The position numbers and the translations under genes were made by a program. A DNA stretch of 63,958 bases, filler included, from Kipferlia bialata (lineage: Eukaryota): assembly GCA_003568945.1 (NCBI GenBank). It is 5 parts of 5 records of this genome, joined end to end, with 100 filler letters (N's around TTAATTAATTAA, not from the genome) between each part and the next. Parts side by side here need not be neighbours in the genome. Positions count along the whole stretch, not along the records: positions 41,459 to 55,166 come from BDIP01000912.1; positions 55,267 to 63,958 come from BDIP01000948.1; 3 more parts are not named here. One strand, written 5' to 3'. Of this stretch, positions 53,101 through 63,958 are shown piece by piece. Below the pieces are notes generated by a model, which saw only the letters and a list, made by a program, of their open reading frames with translations, was not told where the DNA came from and did not search any database. Within the stretch, counting starts at the first letter, position 1. Every line of letters starts with the position of its first letter.

Positions 53101-55033
53101 GGTATGGTATACATGTGACAATACCAACCAACATCTCACACCCTACATATAACCCACCTGCCCCAATGACGCTGTACAGTGCTGCATTCCCAAGGTTGAG
53201 GGCCTCGCCCACTGCACGGCCTGGGGGTGGGGAGGATGGGATATATGGATAGGTGCAATATAGTTAGAAGGATCCAACCACTAAGAATCTTCGTGACACT
53301 GTGTACCCGTACCTAGCACCGACCCCAGCACAAACATGGGAGTGAAGAACCCTACTGTGATAGGGAGACACAGGGCCAGGAGGTGCATGACTGCATAGGC
53401 AGCAGAGAGGAGGAGGAGGTCTCTGACCCTTTCCCACGACCCCTCCCCCCCCTCCGTGATGCCTGACCCCGACCCGTCCAGACTGCCACTGAACAGACCC
53501 TGCACCAGCAGGTTGGACGGGAGGCGCAGACCGGGTATGCCGAAGGAGATGGCCGTGGTGAGCAGGGCAACCACTACCACAGCCAGAGTGCGCCTGGCAT
53601 AGAGGGTGAGGCGGTTCCAGTCCCGCCAGGCACTGCTATTATCACAGGGGCAGGGGGATATCCTCATGCGCAGCCTCCTCTCGCATATGAGCCCCCTCAG
53701 GAAGGCGTTGACAGGCGGGTACATCTTGATGTACACCCACCCCAGCAGACCCAGACCCACCCCCAACAGAGCAAAGAGGGGGAGCTCACGGGTGTCGAAG
53801 TCGGTGTCACTAGGGGGTGAGAGGGGGTGAGAGAGAGATTGGGAATATATATAGACATATTCCCGTACCCGAGGTCCGAGTCTGCCCCTGTGCCTGTCCC
53901 AAACATGTGGGCCAGGGTTGTCATATCTAGCTGGGACACAACGATCATGGCAAAGGAGCCGCACCACACTATGTTGAGCAGGGCTGCTATCCCACCCCCG
54001 TGTCTAGATACCTCCACGCTGAACAGAGTGCCGCCAAACACAGCCCCAAAGGTCTGGGGTCAGGGGGATAATTGTACATCCGTTGTTATGTACGAGAGGA
54101 GTATGGTGAGTGTACACTCATACAGATACATATATATGTCTTGCGTACCGACACCACCCCAGCTGCCACTGCGGCACTGAGACTAGAGGCACCACTCTTG
54201 TGCCGGAAGTGTCTGCGGAAGGGCCTAGGGGTGAGAGGTATAACACTCACACTATACATATATATATAGCCGTATAGTTGTCTGTATGAGTAGACCCCAC
54301 CTCAGCAGTGCCAGCTGGGCAGTCAGGGCCACAGCCATGTACACATAGGGCCCCTCCTTCCCCACCACCAGGCCACTGCCCATGGCCCACACTAGAGAGA
54401 GGGCCTTGTACACAATGGACCGGTACGAGAAGAAGGAGGCGGCGGTGCCTGGAGGGTAGGGGGGATGTGAAGTAGGAATAGGGTCAGTGACATTTGACAA
54501 GACTATGCAGAGGGGTGTGTATACATACATATGCAAATACACCCACCTGATGTTGGCACCCCCATGTCAAACAGCGTGATGAGCTCAGGTATGCCACTGC
54601 CCCCACTCATCTGGTGCACGCGGCCCTTGACTGACAGGGTCAGAGGGGGAGAGAGAGAGAGAGAGGGGGGGGGGGACTGTTATGGGAGTACTCGTTCAAC
54701 ACCCCGCAATGCATACCTCTCATGGTGCAAGTCCAGGTAGTACTGAAGAGTATCGCCTGGAGTGGGATAGGAGTGTATAGGTGTGTGTATACAATATTGC
54801 CATCAATGACTATTATAAATGCAATATATCTACCCAGAATTGTTACGACTCAATAAAAATCGAAGCGTAAGCTGTGGAAATTGATACACTCATATATGTT
54901 AACACATAATAGTATATACATACATATGTATAGTCATATATACATATATAGCCACATAACCATACCCTCTATGAGCTCTGTGATGAATACCACCTGGTCG
55001 GGCTCATCAGCATTGACGAAGTGTCTGATATAC
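50137..55033 (-). CDS. CLC-family chloride channel with C-terminal CBS region, 5'-truncated
   Basis: GSGIPEL, GKEGP, FGAVFGGTLFSVE, ELPLFALLG, GFFTPMFVLGSVLGR, YSVIGA..GSVTQT.S.AVI.IELVG, SMYEQI, CBS-like LPVVNDSMQLVGEV. Confidence 0.95.
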
Positions 55034-55113
55034 CTGAAGATTAGTGGTATAGTATATATCCATAGTGTATATATGAAGTGTCTGATACACATGCATGTCA
55101 ATAATAGAAACTG

Positions 55114-55144
<31 letters not shown>

Positions 55145-55166
55145 AAAAACACCAATATTGGGTTTC

Positions 55167-55266
55167 NNNNNNNNNNNNNNNNNNNNNNNNNNNNNNNNNN
55201 NNNNNNNNNNTTAATTAATTAANNNNNNNNNNNNNNNNNNNNNNNNNNNNNNNNNNNNNNNNNNNN
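55167..55266. other. Artificial contig linker
   Basis: N44-TTAATTAATTAA-N44. Confidence 0.98.
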
Positions 55267-55288
55267 GAAACCCAATATTGGTGTTTTT

Positions 55289-55319
<31 letters not shown>

Positions 55320-55399
55320 CAGTTTCTATTATTGACATGCATGTGTATCAGACACTTCATATATACACTATGGATATATACTATACCACTAATCTTCAG

Positions 55400-58300
55400 G
55401 TATATCAGACACTTCGTCAATGCTGATGAGCCCGACCAGGTGGTATTCATCACAGAGCTCATAGAGGGTATGGTTATGTGGCTATATATGTATATATGAC
55501 TATACATATGTATGTATATACTATTATGTGTTAACATATATGAGTGTATCAATTTCCACAGCTTACGCTTCGATTTTTATTGAGTCGTAACAATTCTGGG
55601 TAGATATATTGCATTTATAATAGTCATTGATGGCAATATTGTATACACACACCTATACACTCCTATCCCACTCCAGGCGATACTCTTCAGTACTACCTGG
55701 ACTTGCACCATGAGAGGTATGCATTGCGGGGTGTTGAACGAGTACTCCCATAACAGTCCCCCCCCCCCTCTCTCTCTCTCTCTCCCCCTCTGACCCTGTC
55801 AGTCAAGGGCCGCGTGCACCAGATGAGTGGGGGCAGTGGCATACCTGAGCTCATCACGCTGTTTGACATGGGGGTGCCAACATCAGGTGGGTGTATTTGC
55901 ATATGTATGTATACACACCCCTCTGCATAGTCTTGTCAAATGTCACTGACCCTATTCCTACTTCACATCCCCCCTACCCTCCAGGCACCGCCGCCTCCTT
56001 CTTCTCGTACCGGTCCATTGTGTACAAGGCCCTCTCTCTAGTGTGGGCCATGGGCAGTGGCCTGGTGGTGGGGAAGGAGGGGCCCTATGTGTACATGGCT
56101 GTGGCCCTGACTGCCCAGCTGGCACTGCTGAGGTGGGGTCTACTCATACAGACAACTATACGGCTATATATATATGTATAGTGTGAGTGTTATACCTCTC
56201 ACCCCTAGGCCCTTCCGCAGACACTTCCGGCACAAGAGTGGTGCCTCTAGTCTCAGTGCCGCAGTGGCAGCTGGGGTGGTGTCGGTACGCAAGACATATA
56301 TATGTATCTGTATGAGTGTACACTCACCATACTCCTCTCGTACATAACAACGGATGTACAATTATCCCCCTGACCCCAGACCTTTGGGGCTGTGTTTGGC
56401 GGCACTCTGTTCAGCGTGGAGGTATCTAGACACGGGGGTGGGATAGCAGCCCTGCTCAACATAGTGTGGTGCGGCTCCTTTGCCATGATCGTTGTGTCCC
56501 AGCTAGATATGACAACCCTGGCCCACATGTTTGGGACAGGCACAGGGGCAGACTCGGACCTCGGGTACGGGAATATGTCTATATATATTCCCAATCTCTC
56601 TCTCACCCCCTCTCACCCCCTAGTGACACCGACTTCGACACCCGTGAGCTCCCCCTCTTTGCTCTGTTGGGGGTGGGTCTGGGTCTGCTGGGGTGGGTGT
56701 ACATCAAGATGTACCCGCCTGTCAACGCCTTCCTGAGGGGGCTCATATGCGAGAGGAGGCTGCGCATGAGGATATCCCCCTGCCCCTGTGATAATAGCAG
56801 TGCCTGGCGGGACTGGAACCGCCTCACCCTCTATGCCAGGCGCACTCTGGCTGTGGTAGTGGTTGCCCTGCTCACCACGGCCATCTCCTTCGGCATACCC
56901 GGTCTGCGCCTCCCGTCCAACCTGCTGGTGCAGGGTCTGTTCAGTGGCAGTCTGGACGGGTCGGGGTCAGGCATCACGGAGGGGGGGGAGGGGTCGTGGG
57001 AAAGGGTCAGAGACCTCCTCCTCCTCTCTGCTGCCTATGCAGTCATGCACCTCCTGGCCCTGTGTCTCCCTATCACAGTAGGGTTCTTCACTCCCATGTT
57101 TGTGCTGGGGTCGGTGCTAGGTACGGGTACACAGTGTCACGAAGATTCTTAGTGGTTGGATCCTTCTAACTATATTGCACCTATCCATATATCCCATCCT
57201 CCCCACCCCCAGGCCGTGCAGTGGGCGAGGCCCTCAACCTTGGGAATGCAGCACTGTACAGCGTCATTGGGGCAGGTGGGTTATATGTAGGGTGTGAGAT
57301 GTTGGTTGGTATTGTCACATGTATACCATACCCCATCCTGACCCCAGGTGGCATGTGTGGCTCTGTGACCCAGACCCTGTCCAGTGCGGTCATTGTGATA
57401 GAGCTGGTGGGCACCCCATTCATTGCAACACCTGTGCTGGTCACAATCGTGTTCAGTGTGCTGACATCGCGTAGTCTGGGCGTGTCCATGTACGAGCAGA
57501 TCCAGAGGGTGAGGGGTCTATACTCTTATATCCATTGTACCCCCTTGCGCCTGTCCCCTGACCCCAGGTGAAGTGTCTCCCCGACCTCCACACCCTGGCC
57601 ACCATATCTCTGCCTGAGAGGCGCAGGCTCAACACATTTGCAGCCCTGTCAGGTGACAACTATTCGATGCATAACTGTTGTATATACCCACCATGTCTCC
57701 GCGTGTTGGTCTCACCCCTTACCCCAGGTGATGGTACTGGCACTCTGTCGCAGTCCTCCTTCCACAATGGGTCCACCTTCCACTCCATGCACAATGGGGT
57801 ACAAGGGGAGGGGAAGAGGCGCGACCTGGCGGATCTGTTCACAGACCCCAGACACGAGACAGCGGGGAAGGATGATGGGGAAGGAACAGGTCCAGCACCA
57901 GATGTACCAGACACAGTAGAGAGACAGACTGGTCAGACTGGGGAGGACACAGAGCCAGAGGGTCTGGTGGGTGTGGATGCAGAGGCCGTCACTGAGATGC
58001 TGTCTGTCAATGCACTCACTAAGTACCCGTCTGTGGTCAGCAGAGGTCTCAGACGCAGATACATATTCAGCACAAGTGTGGGAGAGGTGTGTGACCATTG
58101 GTGTCGGAGCCGCTGACTATTAATCATTATTCCACTCATCTCCTCCCCCACCCCAGGTTGCCCACACCAATCCGGTGTGTCTCAGGCAACGCAGTACCTT
58201 GGCAGAGATGCTGGATGTAGTCACTAGGTAGGGTGCATGGATATGTATATATGTGTGGCACCTATGGCACCCCCTGACCCCAGACACACCGCCGTTGTGC

Positions 58301-60296
58301 TGCCTGTTGTCAATGACTCCATGCAGCTGGTGGGGGAGGTGCGTAGACAGGACGTGTACATCCTGTTGTTGACGAGCCTCAGAAGACTGAGTGTGTCCCT
58401 TGCTCTGGCTAACTATGGTACCCAGCAGCACGGGGGAGAGAGCACGGAGGGGGTGTACAGCACAGGGGATAGCAAGACAGGGGTGGTGTACCACGGGGAC
58501 TCCCACACCACCCGACACCTGAGTGAGAGCGACTCGTCCAGTGACAGTGACCAGTCTGTGTCGACAGGGGAGGGGCAGGGGTCGGAGCTTGGCTTTGCCT
58601 GTATAGTGCCTGGGGCCTCGCCTCTAGCAGAGGACGGGTCCGATGAGGGAGAGGCAGAGACAGAGACTGAGGGCGAGTCCACCCCTGAAGCCACTCCCGG
58701 GGCAGATAAGGGTCAGGCTGAGGGTGTGCCTCAGGACAATGCTCTGAGACAACCTGTGCCAGTAGGTAGTAAGGGATCATGCCGCGACAGGGAGAGAGAG
58801 AGGGACGAGGCCGACCGAGACATGACCAGGGCCCTAGGGGATACCCATGGGAGCCACTCGACCCACCCCCAGACCTCATCTCTCATGTCAGACCCCATGC
58901 TGGCACACTTCAGGTGGGGATGGATTGATACTGGCACTATATGGGGGTCACTATGAGCCTGATATTGTGTTCATTTCAGACCCATGGTAACACGCATCGT
59001 GTTACGGGGTTATAGGAGTGTAGGTGTTTGGGTTACTGTGGAATCAGTAATCACTCACCCCCAGGCGCTACCCCAGGCGCACTGTTGCAGCCACTGTACT
59101 ACTCCTGCCCTTCCTCACCTTCGAGAGCAGTGTCATGAACACAGTCTTTGCAGACATGGCCCTAGTGCAGGTAGGCATACATAGATACATCGAGAGCAGG
59201 ACGTATTGGTATGAATGTGTGTTCCTCACCCCAGGCCCCCAACAACTCTGTGATAGAGTCTGGGGCTGGGTCCAAGGGGGATGTACATACAGATGCCACT
59301 GGTATACCATGTGGTGTAGATGCCCAGGAGGACAGAGCAGAAGGCCCCGGCCACTCCCTGCCCTCCCTCCCCCCCAGGGTCAAGGTGCCTCTGAGCGATG
59401 GACTGCATGTGATAGGGCATGCCCCTGTGGAGGTGCACCCCTCCCTGCCTCTGTCCTCAGACCCTGGGGCCATGCACATCGTGTCAGGGTCCCAGGGATA
59501 CCCCCACCTCAGCCCCAGACCCCACCCCACAGTACAGACTAGTGGTGCAGCGCATGGGGTGGGGCGCAGGGGTATACTGCCCAGGATGCATCCTGCTGGG
59601 AGGGTGAACGTCAATGCCAGGGGGAAGGCCGAGTTGCTGCGTCGGATAGTGGGGGATAGTAGACGTAGGGAGGAGCCGTGTCCATGTCACACCGAGGGTG
59701 GCATCAGACTGACCAGGGTGCCATACCCAGACACAGTGCTGCAGGTGGGCACACATATACGCATACATATATATATATGAGCTTCTCTCTCTCGCCTCTC
59801 ACCCCAGGGCATGCTTGCCTCCATCCCCCACGAGGGCCACTTCCTGCCCTTCCTCCCCAGGTCCAGCCTCATGTTCACGGTGGATCTGCTCACCACACCT
59901 GGGATAGAGCCAGATCTGTCGCCATTCTCCATACTCAGCCACATGGTGAGTGGGTGCATACACTTCACGACCCTATTTCCTACCCCCCCCCCTCTCTCTC
60001 TTCCCACCCCAGCCTGTTGCCAGTGCCCTCAGACTCTGCAACCTACTGGGCCTGGACAATGCATACATCAGGGACAGCCATGGCAGACTGGTGAGTGGGT
60101 ACCCCATTGCATACTCTGATACACCTTCCCCCCCCCTCCTTACCCCCAGGTAGGCACTGTGCTGCAGGGCGACCTCGCTGATCTGTGCCAGGCCGCATCT
60201 GGCTTCGGTGCCTGTTCCAATAGGTGTCCCAACGGCAGGGACATCCTGATGGGAAGAGGGTGTGTACAGTGCCCCAGAGTGCAGTCCATAGTGTGA
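55400..60296 (+). CDS. CLC chloride channel (duplicate copy of 50137-55033)
   Basis: Same exons and motifs as the minus-strand copy. Confidence 0.93.
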
Positions 60297-60590
60297 CATG
60301 CATGTTGTGACATGGTTAGTGTGTGTGTGGTGCACACGTGTGTGTTTCGTGGATGTGTCAACCACTATGACGTTATCGTGTTGACTCTATCCCTATTATT
60401 GTTTTCCTTATATTTCCTTGTCTAGTTGTTGCTGTGGTTATCATGACTGAACCACTTATGTTGTACCATGTTGAATAAAACAGTCTGAGCATCTATTGTC
60501 GAAGATATAGAATCTATCTCAGTTATCGGTCTACGGTACACTCTCACTCTCTCCATGTAACAACACATGACTGAGTGCCAACCCTACAGC

Positions 60591-62866
60591 CTAGAACATG
60601 ACCACCCCTCTGCGCCTGTGTCTCCTGGGAGCTCTGACCAAGGCACCCACCCCTGCCACACACACCGACACAGACAGAGGGAGGGGAGGTACAGTGGTGG
60701 CCTCAGTGACAGTGTGCACACCTAGCACACCCAGTGCACACATAACCACCAGTATGGGAGAGGGGGTACAGAGGGCTAGGAGGGTGCCTAGTGTACAGCA
60801 GGCAGCGTGGTATACACTGCTCCCTAGTATGCTGTCCCCCTGTGCCATGACCCCTGCCACCCCTGAGAACAGACTGATGACGGGTAGGTAGAGAGACAGC
60901 ACTGCGGCAACGTGCATCCTAAGGGGGTACACCCCATGTCTGATGGACTGGACAGTCCAGGCGGAGGGGGCTGGGGTGAGGGGGGGGGGGAGGTAACTAC
61001 ACGATACAACATACATCCCCATACAACCCTCACCTGCTACGTAAGCCACCCACATCCAGCCCATGAGCATAGACACCAGAGTGGGACCTGGGCCAGACAA
61101 AGGTGAGGCCAGGTACACTCCCAGCAAGGCACACACCATCCACACCACACCCCTCAGGAGGGTACCCTGACCATGGAAGAGAGTCGCATACTGACCCTTG
61201 GCCAGACACACTGTACGGGACACAGCCGAGGGGCGGCATCTAAGGGGTGAGAGAGTATAAAGTACATATAGATGACACATCAGTGGTATAGGAGTCCCCC
61301 CACCTTGATATGTCCCTAGCTGCTATCCAGGGCAGCACAGAGAGGGGGTCCTCCTCTGACTCAGAGTCCGACACATAGTCACTCTCGCCCAGCCACCTCC
61401 CCTCCTCCCCCTCCCCCTCCCCCTCTGTCTCCCCCTGGCTGTCTGTCCGGGTGGGTGGCAGTAGAGTGAGTGACTCCTCGGCCTCGGGCACATCGACACA
61501 GGGGGTGAGGGCAGGCATCATGCGCTGCACAACACCACCCACACCACCCCCTGGTGCACCAGACTCCACCTTGAAGGGATGGGTGTCTGTGTCCATCTCC
61601 AGCGCCTCCTTGCCCCCTGCCTCTGCAGACAGTGTCCCTGCCCTCTCTCCCTTGGTCTGGGTCTGGGAGGGGGATGGCTCGTGCACTGCCTCGTGCTGCA
61701 GCCTGGCCTCCCTGCAGTGTCTCTGCACTGTGTCGTGGTGGCTGAGGGACAGGGCAGAGAGGGCCACACACCTGGACAGGGTACTGGACTGGGACAGGGG
61801 GGAGAAGGGGTAGTGGATCTCCACCTGGGCTGCCTTGTCGGTGTCTCCCTCGCCCTTGGGGGTGAAGCCTTCTGGGGCACCGGGCACCCTCTGGCCTGGG
61901 TCACTCTCCACCACACCATCCCCTTCTCTCTCCCTCTCTCCCTCTCCCTCTCCTTCATTGTCACTCTCACTCTCGCTGTGTAGGTCGTATGTCCCATCCC
62001 CCTCCCCCTCTCCCTCAGCCTCCATGACAGCCACGGGTGTGACATCGGTCATGTCTAGCAACAGGTCTAGGGGACCTAGGCCAGACCCCCCGCACTCCCT
62101 GCCCTCCTGTCTGCACACCTCTGCCACATAGCCAGGCAGACCTCTACCACTGCCTCTGTACACGGTGTAGCCCTGGCTTAATACAACAACCTGGGGTGGG
62201 GGTATGGATGGGACGGTAACACAGCAAGTATATTCCAAGGATGTATCCTGCCACTCACCCTAGGTACACACCCGAGACAGACGCCGTTGAGGGAGGGAGC
62301 AGACACTAGGAGGGACCTGGGGTGGGTAGGGGGACAGATACAGAGGGGGGATGATGTATAAGGTGTACTCCTCACTGTCCATACTACACTGACTCTACGT
62401 CCATACCTAGGTCTCATCAGAGGGTCTGACACCGACACTGCCTCGTGCCCTATCCCCTGTGCCCCCAGGTGTATGTGGCTGTACCCCATGGCTATGGTCA
62501 GGATGATGCACACCACGTTGAACTGGTCCACTCTGCCAAGGCCGGACACAAGGTCACCTGGGGTAAGACAGTACATACTATGTAAGTTATCTACCACGAT
62601 ACTAGTCTCAATCCCATGCCCACCTACCACCATCCCATCTGGGTCCCCCACCACGGCACAGGCCAGACACAGCTGGGCCCTGCCCACTGCACTAGTAGAC
62701 ACAGAGGATACAGAGGCAGAGAGCTGGGATGGGATGGTAGGAATGTCGTGGCAGAGGCAGAATACGCACGGCACGAATCACTCTTAATGTATACACACCC
62801 TACCTGCAGGTGACATATGGCAGCTGCTGAGGTGGCACGGGCAACACAAACCTGGAAGATGAGGAC

Positions 62867-62901
<35 letters not shown>

Positions 62902-63242
62902 CTAGAATGAGTAGCAGACACCCCACCTGTCTGGGTGTCCCCCTCATCAGTGCCTCCTGCACCAGCAGTTGTTGGACAGACAGGTGGGAGGGGGGCTGCA
63001 CATCATACACAAACGCAGTGCGGGGTGGGGTAATGACGGCACCAGAGAGGGTGCTCTTGGGCTGCCCGGCTATCCCTGGAGTCAAAACATCGGCTATGTC
63101 TACAAGAGAGTGCACGTAGAAATGAAGAGAGACGATATTCACTCGAGGCTGGAAGACGGTAATCAAGATATCTCATTGAGTGGATATTCAGTCTCTCATA
63201 CCTCCAGTGATAGCCGTGCTCCCTGGTCCTAACAGAAAGCAT
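60591..63242 (-). CDS. Degenerate ABCG-like protein (duplicate copy of 47191-49842)
   Basis: Mirror copy of the plus-strand gene. Confidence 0.5.
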
Positions 63243-63958
63243 GCATGGCCTATTGGGACGTGGAGAGAGAGAGATAGGCACTCTTGGCCTGAACTGACGT
63301 TCCGCAGCGTGATACTCATTCCAAAAGGGTCAATACAGGACAATACCACTCGCCTCCCAAGCTCAAGTCGCCCTGAATCGTCGAAAACAGGCTAAAGCCG
63401 GCCCATTTTGAGGCACCTGCCGCTATCAGGTGGTGTCATCTATACTGTAGAGAGGAGAGATGATGGCTGTATACACGTTTGTGCCAGAGTCAGGGGGCCA
63501 AGAGGAATTGTACGGTCCCACCATCTGTCACTCCTCTACCCAGCCTACCCCCCCTCCCCCCTCTACACACACACCTACCAGCGATGGAGGTTAGCAGTGA
63601 GGTTGGCGACCTTGTCCAAGAGCTGAGGGACAGGAGACTGAGCAGACCAGAGGCACTCATTGTACGGGTCTTTACCAGTCTACTGTACCTATGCAGTGGC
63701 TTATTCACACTAACTCATTCAATATCACAAGGATATCTAAGTCACTATGGAAGGTGTTGCATCACCCCAGTAATTAGCCGCTATTCCTAATTGTACATCC
63801 CTCTCTTCTCCCCTGCCTCCCCCAACCCCAGCTCAACATAGATGACGATGGGCACAGGGTGGAGCTGTACGAGAAGGTATCAGCAGCTGCCATGCACACG
63901 CTCTCACTGGAGTATATATATAATACCCCCCCCCCCCCCCCCCCCACCACAAACCCCA

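Larger units (their letters stand above)
55267..63958. repeat. Reverse-complement duplicate of 46475-55166 (redundant contig)
   Basis: The ORFs are mirrored with identical translations; coordinate pairs sum to 110433. Confidence 0.97.

Noticed and set aside
46475..63958. Giant 8.7-kb-arm palindrome
   Set aside because: It is centred exactly on an artificial linker and the arms appear identical. Contigs are ordered by decreasing length (13717, 13712, 13708), so this is a redundant reverse-complement contig placed next to its twin, not biology.

Overview
Intron-rich microbial-eukaryote genomic DNA. The intron style (GT...CT[A/G/C/T]AC-N4-6-AG with the branch point hard against the acceptor, and TA/GA/CA microsatellite filler) suggests a free-living fornicate such as Kipferlia; this is inference, not verified. 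The window is an artificial concatenation of five contigs of about 13.7 kb joined by 100-bp N-TTAATTAATTAA-N linkers. Contig 5 (55267-63958) is the reverse complement of 46475-55166. Genes reconstructed by hand from exons: an unknown membrane protein, an FG-GAP-like repeat protein, a kinesin, a Sec20-like SNARE, PheRS beta, a DEDDy 3'-5' exonuclease with a C-terminal C2H2 finger, an intronless choline/ethanolamine kinase, two paralogous 7TM-like receptors, a degenerate ABCG-like protein and a CLC channel. There is also a tRNA-shaped gene with a ~70-nt structured insert in the anticodon arm. The strongest signal is in the introns of contigs 1-3. They are filled with 25-60 bp 'echoes' of the adjacent exon end plus its splice site, up to 9 per intron. 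These echoes differ from the real exon overwhelmingly at synonymous codon positions, which neutral decay of intronic duplicates does not explain.
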